47,563 nucleotides of DNA, taken from Chromera velia. Taxonomy: Eukaryota. Position 1 is the first letter of the stretch. Each line of letters starts with the position of its first letter. Below the pieces are notes generated by a model. The model was not told where the DNA came from and did no database searches. It saw only the letters and a program-made list of their open reading frames with translations. Below, one piece after another: positions 23,918 through 35,450 of the stretch. Where the stretch lies: the NCBI GenBank assembly GCA_018398765.1, contig JAHBMJ010000436.1:1-47563 (forward strand), in the 5' to 3' direction. Position numbers and translations under genes: made by a program.

Positions 23918-25527
23918 ACAACAGGCGCGGGGGGGCTGGGCTCTCAGCAAGAACTTCACGCGAACGATCAAGCCCTGCCTGCTCTCTTTCGAGGTCAGTC
24001 AGTCAGTCAGTCAGTCAGTCAGGGAGTGAAAGAAGTGGAATGGCGGGTTTCGCGCTCCTGACAGGTCCTTTAGCACAGAAGGGTCGACCAGTCGATAGAA
24101 AAAAGGGAAGCAGTGTCCGTGTCCGAGTGTTTCTTCGTTCATTGACTGGCACGGCCGCTGTGCTGCTTTGTCGATCGAACCTTCGGTTACGAAGAAGCCA
24201 ATTGGTCTATCACTCGTTCGTCTGTCAGCAAAAGGACTGCAATTTTGGCTCTGTGTGAGTGCGTCAATTCGGTATAGATCCCTTTGAGCTTGACTTGTCC
24301 TTATTGTTTTCTCTTTTTTGTTGCTGTTTGTGACGGTTGAGAAAGGATTCAAAAGTTTGTGCAAAAAGGGAGAGAATGTGAGAGAAAGGGATGTGTCTAA
24401 CATTCCGTTTTCCCCCTTGTGAAGCCTCATTTTGGGAAGAGGGCACTGCGATCCTTCTCTTTCTTGCATTCCTTCTGTTGCCTACACGACTATGTTCTCA
24501 TGTGATTTGTTGCTTTTCCTTTTTTGTCACATCATTTTCCCGTGAAGTCAAGCGGAATGAGTGCCCTTGTATGTGCGTGCGTGCAGAGGGCCGGGTTCTT
24601 TGCCAACACGTGTATGCATTCATTTTCATGAAAAAGAATTCTGTATAAAAATGAACGCGTGCAGAGGGCCGGGTTCTTTGCCGACACGGACTTCGTCAAC
24701 CCAGGTGCGAAGGCGTTCTTCCGCAACATGGTCGTAGAAATTCCAAAAATCCTGCGGAATAAGGTGAAGGTGAAGGAGGAAGACGGAGAAGAGAGAGAGG
24801 AGTACCCGTACGAGATGATCATCAGAAGAACTCAGGAATGTGCCGAGTGGCTGCGTGGGGCGATCTCGGAGATGGCAGGGGCGCAGGGAGCTTACTGGAA
24901 GATCGCCATCGGTCTGTCCGTTTGAATGTTTCCTCTTCTCTTTTTTTTCTCTGGCATCTTGCTTAATGAGCTCTCTTTTTTGTTTCTTTCTCTCCCTTCT
25001 CTCTTCCTTCCTTCCGTCCTCGCTTCCCTGCTTGCTTTCTGTCCGTCTCTTTCTTTCTTTCGCTCTTTCTTGCTTCCCTCCTTCCTTCTGTCCTTCTTTC
25101 CTTCCTCTCTGTCTCTCTCTCTCTCCCTCTCTTTCTTTCTTTTGCTCTTTCTTCCTTTCTTTCTTTTGCTCTTTCTTCCTTTCTTCTCTTTTTCTTTTTC
25201 TTGCCTGAAGAAATCTTGCCCCCCCTGTCTATCCCTTCCTCTGCTGACCAACCAACACGTCCGTGTGTGTGTGCAGAAACGATCTGGAGTCACCTGAGGG
25301 ATCCTGTCGATTTCATTCTCGCCTTCATGCACTGGCGGGAGTGCGGGGCGATCGTGAAGGGACAACACAAAGTCTTCACGAGGCAGATGTACGAGGAGAT
25401 GGAAGGGACTTTTTTCAACGTCGTCAACGGGAAACTGCAGGATGTGCCGTTCGACGACTGGCCCGCGTTGGTCAGGAACCGCCTGTGGCCTCTTCCGTGG
25501 CAGCCGCAGCCGGAGACACCGTTCTGA
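18258..25527 (+). CDS. Putative nuclear DNA-binding protein: two AT-hooks flanking a NUMOD1/IENR1-like HTH, plus an unassigned C-terminal globular region; ~1067 aa
   Basis: Exons 18258-18452, 18839-18956, 19281-21001, 21400-21514, 21939-22062, 22421-22577, 23072-23126, 23527-23678, 23925-23993, 24665-24911, 25277-25527 join in frame (3204 nt, GT-AG). AT-hooks GRGRPRK and KRGRPRK; poly-K NLS-like tract; KAVAVKVTHMSTGNSRIFNGVRRAADALGVNASTVSRAL. Confidence 0.8.
23876..23886. other. Assembly gap (N run) between a poly-C and a (TG)n tract inside an intron
   Basis: N characters in the sequence. Confidence 0.99.
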
Positions 25528-27579
25528 TCAACAAGAGATGGAGGGAAGGAAGAAAGGAGGTAGTGGGAAAAGCACCGCATTTGCAGTACCGGATGGACGT
25601 ATGGAGCGGGAAGAGAGAAGGAAGGAAGGAAGATGTACTCTGTGAGGAAGGAAGGGGAGGGGGGTGAGTGGGGGGGGGATAATTGCGTGCCCCTGCATGT
25701 GGATTGCGGACAGGGAGGGAGGGAGTGTTTGTTTGTTGTGTGACTGACGACAGGTTTCGAGATGGATGGATGGATGGATGGATGGATCGGTGCAGGGCGC
25801 GAAGAGAAGAGAAGAGAAGAGAAGAGAGGAGAAGGGGGGCGACAGATGGATTTTTCGGTGGATGAATGTGACTAGGGAGAAGGAGGGAGGATGGGTTTTG
25901 CGAGGTTGGTGTGGCTGTCTGGAGAGACAGACAGGGACAGAGTTGTAGTGAAGGTTTTGAATGGATGCCATTTGGTGGGAGGGCGATGCGTGAATGAATG
26001 GAATGAATGCATTCTAAATAAATACATGAACAACTAACTAACTAACTAACTGGGTAACTAAATCGACGAAGAGGGAAAGGGGTCTCTTCGTCCCTTGTAC
26101 ATCTTCTCTTCTCTTCTCTTCTGCCCTCTTTTGTCACTCACTCTTCCGCTCTCTCATCTTAAACGCTGGTCTCTCTCTACCTCTTTCAAACAAAAGCACG
26201 AGGAGGAAGGGGCCTCGGAGGATCGATGTATTGCGGTGCTTTCTTCTTTTTTCGAGCTTGACTTCCTCTCCCTTTCTTCTTGCACTTTCCGGCAGGCTAA
26301 ATCAGGGAACACGGGAACTGAATGGTTTTGTCACCGCCTTAACGAACCCCACTCTTTCAGACCTTCTTCGCTGCCACAGAGAGGAAGGAGGTGGAGTTGC
26401 GCTTTGAACCCCTGGCTGCTGTTTTTCTGAGCCATGGGTGCAGGCCTGCATGCATGCGTGGCACGATGAAAGGAGGGAGAAAGGGCGGACATCTTGTCCA
26501 GCCAGAAGAGTAAATGAGAGACGTCGGCTGTTGCGGGAAGAAGAGTGGCAGGAGAAAAGGAAGACTGACCCTGGCTGTGTACGTGCAAGAGAAGGGAGGT
26601 GGAGTGGGAATCTGGCCATGTGAAAGGATCCTGGACGGTGTGAGCGGTCTTCGCAAGTGCGAAGTATGGAGAGGGGTGAGAAGAGAGGTCGACTGGTGGC
26701 TTTTGTTTCCGGAGGGTGCAGGTGACAGTGGATAGAGAGGACTCGTAGAGACGTATGTCTGCCGGAGGGGAGGGCTAGGCGCATTTTTCTTTCAGGCAGA
26801 CATACAGAGACAAAGGTCATTTGGAAGGGGCACCTCGATCTTAGTGGGCGGCGATGCGTGACTGAAGACATGTGCGAACAGATGGAATGAGGAGTTCACC
26901 TCAGAAATGAACGAGCACAGACCATGCTTTCCCTTCGCCTTCTCTCTTCTGTTATTTATTTATCTCTTGTCTCATGCCCTGTCGTCCCCGCCTTTTCAAA
27001 AAGTGCGGTCGGTCTAGATCGGGATGAGAGGGAATACAGTGAAGTGGCGACGCCTTCATACCAATTTCTTCTTTTCTACCAGAAGCTTACCGTCTCTCTC
27101 TCTTAGTTGAACCTTCCCCTTCTTTCCGCCCGGCTGTATCAAAACAAAGAGAGACGAAACGGCAGCCTGGCTTCATCACGCATGCATGCATGGATGCATG
27201 TAGATGCATGCACTGCTGTTCGCGGCTTCGCCACTAGCTGGGCAGCGATGGCTGCCGAGTGCATGTAGTCGCCTAGTAACCAATGATCAGACGTTCAGGA
27301 AATCCATGCAGGCCCTTAATTTTATCTCCCGTCTACTCCCGTTCTAGTGCATTTCTGTCACTGTATCACAGTTTGTAGGCCAATCGACCTAGCTACCGCG
27401 AATGCATGCCTCGAATCCCTCGATTTTGCAGTGGATCACTGTGGATTAATCTAGGGATGAACTCGAGCCATCACAATGTCTGTATTGATACTAATATTGA
27501 TATCTATTATTAAAATATAATTTAACAAACCTAAAGATAAAGATGCAACTACCATTAAATGATAAGTGATTTAGTGGTG

Positions 27580-28075
27580 CCCTCTAGGCGTATCACAACA
27601 AAAAAAAAAGTAAACCAGAATTCGCTTAAATTATTTTTTGCTGTTTTTCTTTTTGTGCAACACCTTAGCAACACTTGTGCAACACCAAAACAACTAGGCG
27701 TATCACAGCAAAAAAATAAAATAAAAAAAAAAATAAACCAGAATTGACATAAATTATTTTTTTTTTCTTTTTTTGCGCAACACCTAAACAACACTTGTGC
27801 AACACTAAAACAACACTTATGCAACACTTGAACAACAGTTGTTTGTCACCCAACATCATCGGGCAAAGAAAAAAAAATTAATCGAGAACGGACTTAAATT
27901 ATTTTTTTTTTCTCTGTGATACGCCTAGCAAAACAACAGTTATGCAACACTTGAACAACAGTTGTTTGTCACTTAAGCTCGTCGAGCAAAAAAAAAAAAA
28001 GAAATTAAGCAAGAATTAACGGGCTTAAATTATTTTTTTTTTTCTCTGTGACTAGCTCTATGATATGCGCCTAAG
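27580..28075. repeat. Structured direct + inverted repeat block resembling a transposon subterminal region
   Basis: CTAGGCGTATCACA at 27584 and 27694, reverse complement at 27915-27928; duplicated ATGCAACACTTGAACAACAGTTGTTTGTCAC; recurring CAACAC and A-run/TAAATTA/T-run modules. Confidence 0.8.
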
Positions 28076-28214
28076 GTGTCCTAGAGCACTGTCGCTTTCT
28101 AAATGTTTTTTAATAATATAGAGGTCCCCCGGGCTCTCCCCCTCCCAAATTCTTTGGAGATCTCCAAATATCAGGCTCAAGACATCTCTAACATTTTTTT
28201 TAAATTTTTTAAGA

Positions 28215-28584
28215 TGAAAGGAAAGAAAAGGAAAATGGAGGTGAGAAAGGGGCAGAGAGATAGAGATGTGAAGTATGCGGCATGTGGACGAACGTTTTCT
28301 ACCCTCCACGGGCTTCACATTCACACTTCGTCTAGCAAAGCACACAAAGACCCCCCTTGCCCCCAGACAGCCAGAGCAGCCAAAGGAGACAGTTGAAGAA
28401 AAGAAGGGAAGCTGGGTTCAGGGCTGTCAGGTGAAGGAAATTCTTAGGAAGTACAAATAGGGAAGAGGATGGCATTATGAGGTGGCGTAGCATGCCAGTG
28501 GTTGGTAGTCAACATTACATGAAGCAGCCAGAAGCAGCCTCACTCATGTCTAAGCACGCCCTACCAGAAGTGTGTGTGTATGTA

Positions 28585-28622
<38 letters not shown>

Positions 28623-29120
28623 TGTGTATGTGTATGTATATGTGTGTGTGTTACTGTGTGTGTGTATGTGTGTGTGTATTAGTATCTGTGTATGTGTGTG
28701 TGTATTCATGTTTTTGCATTTGCATCTGTTTTTATATGTGCAAGATCTGTAGAAGCAACACGCAATCTCTCTATAAGATGACTTGTGCTGCCTTCAACGC
28801 ATCATTGACATATGCATGACCATCTTCCTGAGTGAGTCTGTAGGATACAAGAGCAACGGTTACCCGTACGCACTCGTCCACGCCACACTTCAGAAGGTGG
28901 CCAAGCGACGATGCGCATGTGAGAAAAAGACTTGCTGCCAATGTAAGTTGCAAAGATGAAAACTCCGAGGCCTCAGACATCTTGCTGATCAACCACCGTA
29001 TAGCTATTGAGTTTGACGCCAACTAGACGGGACGATGTTAATGAAAACAAGAAGTCCAAAGACAAAAAGAAGAAGATTCTGAAGAAAAAATAATGATATC
29101 TGTCCAGATTTATTAACAGC
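28215..29120 (+). pseudogene. Decayed gene with an N-terminal C2H2-like zinc finger and a C-terminal Vsr/DUF559/RAP-like endonuclease-fold remnant
   Basis: KYAACGRTFSTLHGLHIHTSSSKAH (first Cys TGT->TAT). After a (TG)n intron-like tract: SDILLINHRIAIEFDAN*, then frameshifted KSKDKKKKILKKN and *YLSRF, matching D..IAIE.DG.W/H...D..K...L...GW.V.RF. Confidence 0.5.
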
Positions 29121-29331
29121 TGTAAGTAATAAAACTGTAATATGTATTAAAAACTCATTAATAAATTCTTTAAAAGAATTTAGCAGCAATTTAAGCTTAC
29201 AATTATAAGTGTAGAGTAGCATGTAAAAACACTTATACCAATTATTAGGCTAACCATCTCTGGAACCATTCTTAGCAATCATTTAAAAATGTTAAAAATT
29301 ATGCATGGAAACAGTTACTTACAGTTACTTA

Positions 29332-29678
29332 AATGAATAAATGAATGAATGAATGAATGAATGAATTGAATTGAGGTGGTTAAAGCTGGTGAGCCACCAC
29401 TTAGGCTCTGATAAACCACGGGGCATGACATGCAATGTTGGTTTATTAACCTAGCGCATTAACCCATTCACATACAATAACACGAAATCATGCTAACTTG
29501 GCTAGACACTCCTCTACCGTCCTCATACCCGCTAGAGGCTAGAACAACGATATAAGAGCGATCATCTCTCGGACTTTCTTTTGACTCCCCCTCACTCTCT
29601 TTAAGTTACCAGCTGATGCTACCACTCATTGCGCAATTTCCACCCGTTTCTTAATGGGCGCGCGCTTCTTTATTCTTA
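29332..29678 (-). mobile_element. Short 5'-truncated LINE 3' end (copy A) with an (ATTC)n/(AATTC)n tail
   Basis: Clearly alignable to 31175-31520 over ~320 bp, ending in the same microsatellite tail. Confidence 0.75.
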
Positions 29679-30965
29679 CACTTTATATTGAAATTTTTTT
29701 AAATCTTTTTGATATTTTGCCAAATATATGATATACATGCATTTGAAGTTGCCGGAATTCAAATTTTAAAACTTCCATTAATTTTTTAAAACCAAAATTT
29801 TTGCTAGAAATTTTATTTGATCACATAATATTTAACATAATATACACACATGCAATATATTAATCTAGACATTAATTTAACTGTATGAACATATTTTTTA
29901 CTAGATTTAAGAACTTTGATTAATTGATTGACTTGTTAATTGATTGATTGATTGGTTCCATGCTAGGCTTTCCTGCTATATGCTAGGCTACATGTCAAGG
30001 TGTTGCCACCGCTAACAGAGCCCGGGATATTATTTCAAACCCTCCCTTGAGGGCCTGCACACCAAACCTGATACACTGCAAACGCAGTGCAGGGGGTGTG
30101 CCACAACTCTTTATGCTTTTATAATATCAACCAGAGCCGGCTGTCGATCTGCTTTTCAGCCATTGGCAAACGATCGACACTCACGAACTGCGGTTTGCTT
30201 GTTTATCAATCAATCGATCAGGTAACTCAGTTTAACTATAATCAAATATTTCGTTCACAAAAACAAGTAACCAAAGAAAAGGATGAATAAAAAAGAAAGA
30301 AAAGAGGGATAACACAGGGAACTTTTAGAGAATTAAGGAGAAGAAAGAGCGCTTAACAGAAAGAGGAGTTTGCAATTCGTTTTTCCGTTTACTGAAGGTG
30401 AAAGGTAGTGATAAAAAAACCTCTGCTTCTTATATAGGATCCCTTCTTGTTTCCCTTTTTTTCTGTAGACAAAAAAGAAAGAAAGAAAGAAGGAAGAAAG
30501 GTTTATCGTCAGTCTTTATTGTCGTTCTACAGAAGGTGGGATCATAAGTCTATCTATTTTCTTGGAGAAGAAAGATGGAGAAAACTTTTCTACTACTTGT
30601 TGGCTCCCTTCTTTTCCTGCTTTATCTTAGAGAAGACTCTAAGAAGTTAAATAAAAGAAAGTGAGCAAAAAAAAAAAAAAATAAAGCAGTAAATATGCAC
30701 GCGGACGCCTGTGGAAAGAAAAAAGGAATGATGAAGGGAATAAAGAAAGGAAGAAAGAAGGAGGAGTTTCTCATCCGGCTCTGGTCTCTTCCGAGAAAAC
30801 CTTCTACAAAAGGATAAGTTCATTTGTTTTTTTTTTTCTTGAGGGTATAGAAAGAGACATAATGTACCCTCAACTCCTTATTGGCTCCCTTCTTATCCTG
30901 TGTACTCTTGTAGACTTCATTTGACAAATTAAGAAAAAGCCAGCCGTGAAAGAGACACAAACAGA

Positions 30966-31036
<71 letters not shown>

Positions 31037-31171
31037 TGAATATAGTTAGAAGGTTAAATGTTTTAGTGAATTTTCTATAATATAATATTTGTTCCTTATT
31101 TACCGTTTTCCAATTTCCAATGAAATATTGATTGAATTTGATTCTGCATAAATCTTTTTTATGCGTGCACA

Positions 31172-32290
31172 TTGATGAATTGAATTGAATTGAGTTGAGG
31201 CGATTAAAGCCGGTGAGCCACCACTTAGGCTCTGGCCAACGGTGCCGCCAACCACGGGGCATGACATGCAATGTTGGTTTGTTAACCTAGCGCATTGAGT
31301 CAATCTGACTCAATCACACATGACAACACGAAATCATGCCAAGTTGCCTATACATTCCTCTACCGCCCTCAAACCCGCCAGAGGCTGGAACGAGGATATG
31401 AGGGCGATCATCTCTCGGACTTTCTTTTCACTCTCCCCCACTCCCCTACCAGCTGAAGCAGCCACCCATTGCGCAATTTCCACTCGTTTTTCAATGGGCG
31501 CACGCTCCTTTATTCTGCCAATGAGATCGTCCAGCTTCTGTCTCTCCCTCACCGTGTCTGCACAATCCGTGAGTAGGTGAATCTCATCCCGGACCTTCCT
31601 GCTAGAGCAAGTCGAACAGGTCTTCTCCAGCTCTCCCCTCTGCACATAACCACCCGTCATCGCTCTCAGGAGAGGGAGGATGTGTGCAGAGGATTTAAGA
31701 AGACAAGGGGACAGCGTGCCTGTGTCTGACGGACGTGACTGCCATTTCCTTTCTGCAAGAAGCAGCATGGAGAGCCTCTGTCTGGAAGGGTTCTCTCTTT
31801 GAAAATCAGTGAGGGCAGCAAGGGGATGGAAGATTCAGTTTCTATTCCTGCTGCCTTCCTGTCTTCTAGCCCATTCACCAAGCCATTGATTCGTCTCGAT
31901 CTTGCGACACGTCTCTTTCCGTTTGAATTTTCCTTTCTTTTTTGGCTTTTCTTGGCGTGGCTCATCTGTGTCTGCCAGGAGAGAATTGTCAAGGGGCACA
32001 GCCAGACGTTTGGTGGAGGAGACAAGGGGAGCACAAGAACCAGCGATGCAGGCCTCCCATACAGCCGTGGGCAAGGCGCGTTCTATAGATTTGAGAGATT
32101 GAAAGAAGCTGGCTACTTGTTTCGCAAGCAGACAACCAAAGAGTTCCAAACCAAAAGAGTGAAGAGAGGGCGAGACAAAAGAGTTATGGGACAAACCAAA
32201 TGACCAGCGAACAAAACGAAGTTGCAATGCATCGAGGCATTGAACATCTGACTGCCTGAGAGGGGGCCCGGGGGATAATTGATATGGTTG
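31172..32290 (-). mobile_element. 5'-truncated, frameshifted non-LTR retrotransposon (LINE) ORF2 C-terminus (copy B); may extend to ~32450
   Basis: C-terminal CCHC motif CSTCSSRKVRDEIHLLTDC; post-RT-like LQLRFVRWSFGL; three overlapping frames; (AATTC)n 3' tail; second copy at 29.3-29.7 kb. Confidence 0.75.
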
Positions 32291-33382
32291 CGCAAACTGC
32301 CGGCAAGCCAGTCAACCGATGAATACCGATCAACCAGGACAGAAACCGACCGCTACTCGGACCACTGAAAATTTAAACATCCCAGAGAACACCCATCAAC
32401 CAGGCACTCAAGTCTCCCATCCGAGGACTTTCCCATCCATGGACTTGCGTGTGTTGAATTCTAGGTTTAATTAGTTCAATCTCTCACTCACTTCATGGTC
32501 GAATCAGCTCCCGCCTTCCACTTCAACGCGGCCCAAACGAACTGATCCACGCTCTTGCATGGCAAACGATCGACCCACCTGGCTGGCTGATCCTTTGACC
32601 CTCATGGCATTCACATCGATCATTCTATGAAGAATCTGGTTATTGACTTGTGGTTTCACTGATTGATTGGAAGATCGATCGAGTGACCATTGTATGGACA
32701 AGAGAGAGGAAAGTAGATTTGCATTCTGTCTGCTTCATATCTCTGTTTGATTTGTTGAAAGGATGAAGAGAGAAATTGATTTGTCGAATTTATGGGTTTA
32801 ACATGTTTGATATGCTGAAAAAGAAAAAAGGAAACACGGATGGGGTCCAAAGTGCCTCGACGGCAATGAGCTCGAGTCGAATGCATCGAATTCGAAAGAC
32901 GAAAAGAGAAAAGCGAGTTGCTATACAATACACATGTGGGAAGAACACATCAGAAAGTAAGAAAGGGAGGGAAAGGGAGGAAGATAGAAAGATGGGAAAA
33001 GAACAGACAGACTACCGCAGCAGCCACCTACGTGCAACTTTGAGATCGCATGTCAATGAAAGGATTCATGCTTCTCTGACAGACGGAATGCACGTGAGTG
33101 TCTGCGCAATTCCGACTGACTACCTTACGAGTGTCTATATGCTGTCATTCTTCTTTTCTTCGGCCGGCTCCACTCGACAGCAAGACCCGGGCCAGATTGG
33201 TTTCAAGAATTGAATCGGGTGCAGATTTCAATCCCACTCCCCTAGCTTCCGGTCATCTGATTGAATTCGAACCCATTCATGTACCCCCGAGAGAGATCGA
33301 GTCTTCCACCTCACCTCCTTTCTTAATCAACCGACACAGGGTCTAAGTTGCTTCTTCATTCGATCATCCTGTTGCCAGTCAA

Positions 33383-35260
33383 TCAGTCAACATTGTCATC
33401 TGCCTCTGGGAGGTCTGCGTCGCCTGAGGGTGAGATGTCCTGAGGAACTGTCTGTGAGTGCTCCACGGGGTTTGGCTGACTGTCTTCCTCTAGGACGGGG
33501 GGCTTGACTTCTACTTCCGTCATCCCTCCCACATCCCCTTCTCCCTCCTTCCCTGCAATCCCAAGCTGTTCAATGTCCACACCCACCCCTGCCCCTCCTT
33601 CCTCACCTTCTTCCTGCATGTCTACGCCCTGTTCTGCCTCCTTCACCTTTTCCTTTTGGACCTTCAGAGGCTCTTCTCCGTCTCCCCTCTCCCCATTCCC
33701 CTCTTCCATTTCTGCAGCAGGATCATTCAGCGCGTCCAGCTTCTCACCTGCCTTCGTGCTCCCCCGCCTCGTCTTCCAATTCGCAAATCCACGCCCATCG
33801 ACGCGAAACAATGCCAACAGAGAGGGCAGGAGTAGCATCGCGTGACCCAACCCAACGCACGTGAGAATAAGAATCAGCTGGAAGACTGTGTGCCAGATTC
33901 GACTGTCTGTGAGACGGAGAGGAATCACTGCTACTGTGTTGGAGAGAACTGCAAGGAACACGGCAACCCCGCACACCTGAACTGTCTGTTCCACCCTCTT
34001 TGCTCCCCTCAACCTCGGATCCACCAAATGAGAGAATGTGTAGGCGAACGTGACTAGAGCAGGGAACCCCATCATCGTGCAGACAAACACGTAACTCGTT
34101 GCCATGATCGGAATCTTGTACCACCCCATGAACCCTACAGTGCCCAAAACGATGCCAGCAAGGTTGACAGCGACCAGAAGAGAAGTCGATATGTCCCCAA
34201 CGAAGACCAAACAGAGAATGGAAATGGCCAGGAAACCCTCCCACAAGTTGTCGTAGAAGAGCTGGACGACCTCGATGTCTTGGAAGGAAAATGTCAGCTG
34301 CATCCATCAATTGGGGCATTGGAATGGAAAGGAGGGCAGCAGACAAAGAAAGAAGGAAAACCAATGAGTCAATGAATTACTTTTTCACGCATACACTCAC
34401 TCAGTTAGTCAACTGGTAAGTCGTTTCAGAACAGACAGCCGATTTGTCATTCAGTCAATCGGTGCTTCATTCATTCACCAAGTGAGAACTCAAAGTGAGT
34501 GTAAGCAAGAAAAGAGAAGAGAAGAGAGGAGAAGAAAAGTCCGAAAGGAGAGACTTACGGGTCCATGCGCGACCAGCGTCAGGCCCCTAATCGGAGAGTC
34601 ATCGATTGTCTTGTACATTTCTTGGACGTCGCTTCTGAGAATTCTCTGTGTAGGGAGATCTTTGGGCAATTGGAAGGTGAAACTGCTGATGGCCAGGGGT
34701 CCGGTGGTAGAGGAAAATTTGAGTGAGGAACCGTATAGGGCCGCAAATGTTGCGTTGCTTGAAAGGGTGGCTCTGCATGCATGTGAAAAGGAAAATGCAA
34801 TTAATGCCACTGTGGTCACTTGTAGGTAGTAATTGAACGTCAATCAGCACAAGAGTGACTCCCTGGAATGCGAAGAGAAGGGGTTTTAGGGGAAGATTTC
34901 AGATCAGCGCAGAAGTCTCGTGTACACACAAAGCATGGGAACTGCAAGAGACTTGGAAGAAGCGTAGATTTCACGCAAAGAAGGTTTCTGTGTTGGATGC
35001 AGGTAGAGTGAGAAGATTCCGAAGAAAAGGGGGACGGAGATCGCAGGAAGGGTGGAAAATGCAAGCACTTGCGATAATCCTGCAGAATGAACGACTGAGT
35101 AGGAAGGAAAGTGGTGCGAGCGACTGATCGAGTCCAATCGGTTGAAGGACCTCACCTGAGTCCATCAGAGAACGACAGAGAGGGGCGCGATGTCACCAGA
35201 TCAGCATAGAGGATCTTGAAGTCTCTTAACCAGCTCACGATCTGTAGCAACGGGGTTCAC

Positions 35261-35294
<34 letters not shown>

Positions 35295-35302
35295 TAGACA
35301 GA

Positions 35303-35344
<42 letters not shown>

Positions 35345-35411
35345 CACACAGAGAGAGAGAGAGAGAGCGAAAGAGAGAGAGAGAGACAGACAGACAGATA
35401 GACAGACAGAC

Positions 35412-35450
<39 letters not shown>

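Noticed and set aside
25950..27150. Additional protein-coding gene
   Set aside because: Several short overlapping ORFs, but no consistent exon chain or recognisable motif could be assembled.
29955..30025. HDV-like ribozyme, twister ribozyme or tRNA-Val-like head
   Set aside because: Only a P4-like hairpin plus GCTAA and a short CACCTTGACATG match are present; P1/P2/P3 pairings and a cloverleaf could not be built.
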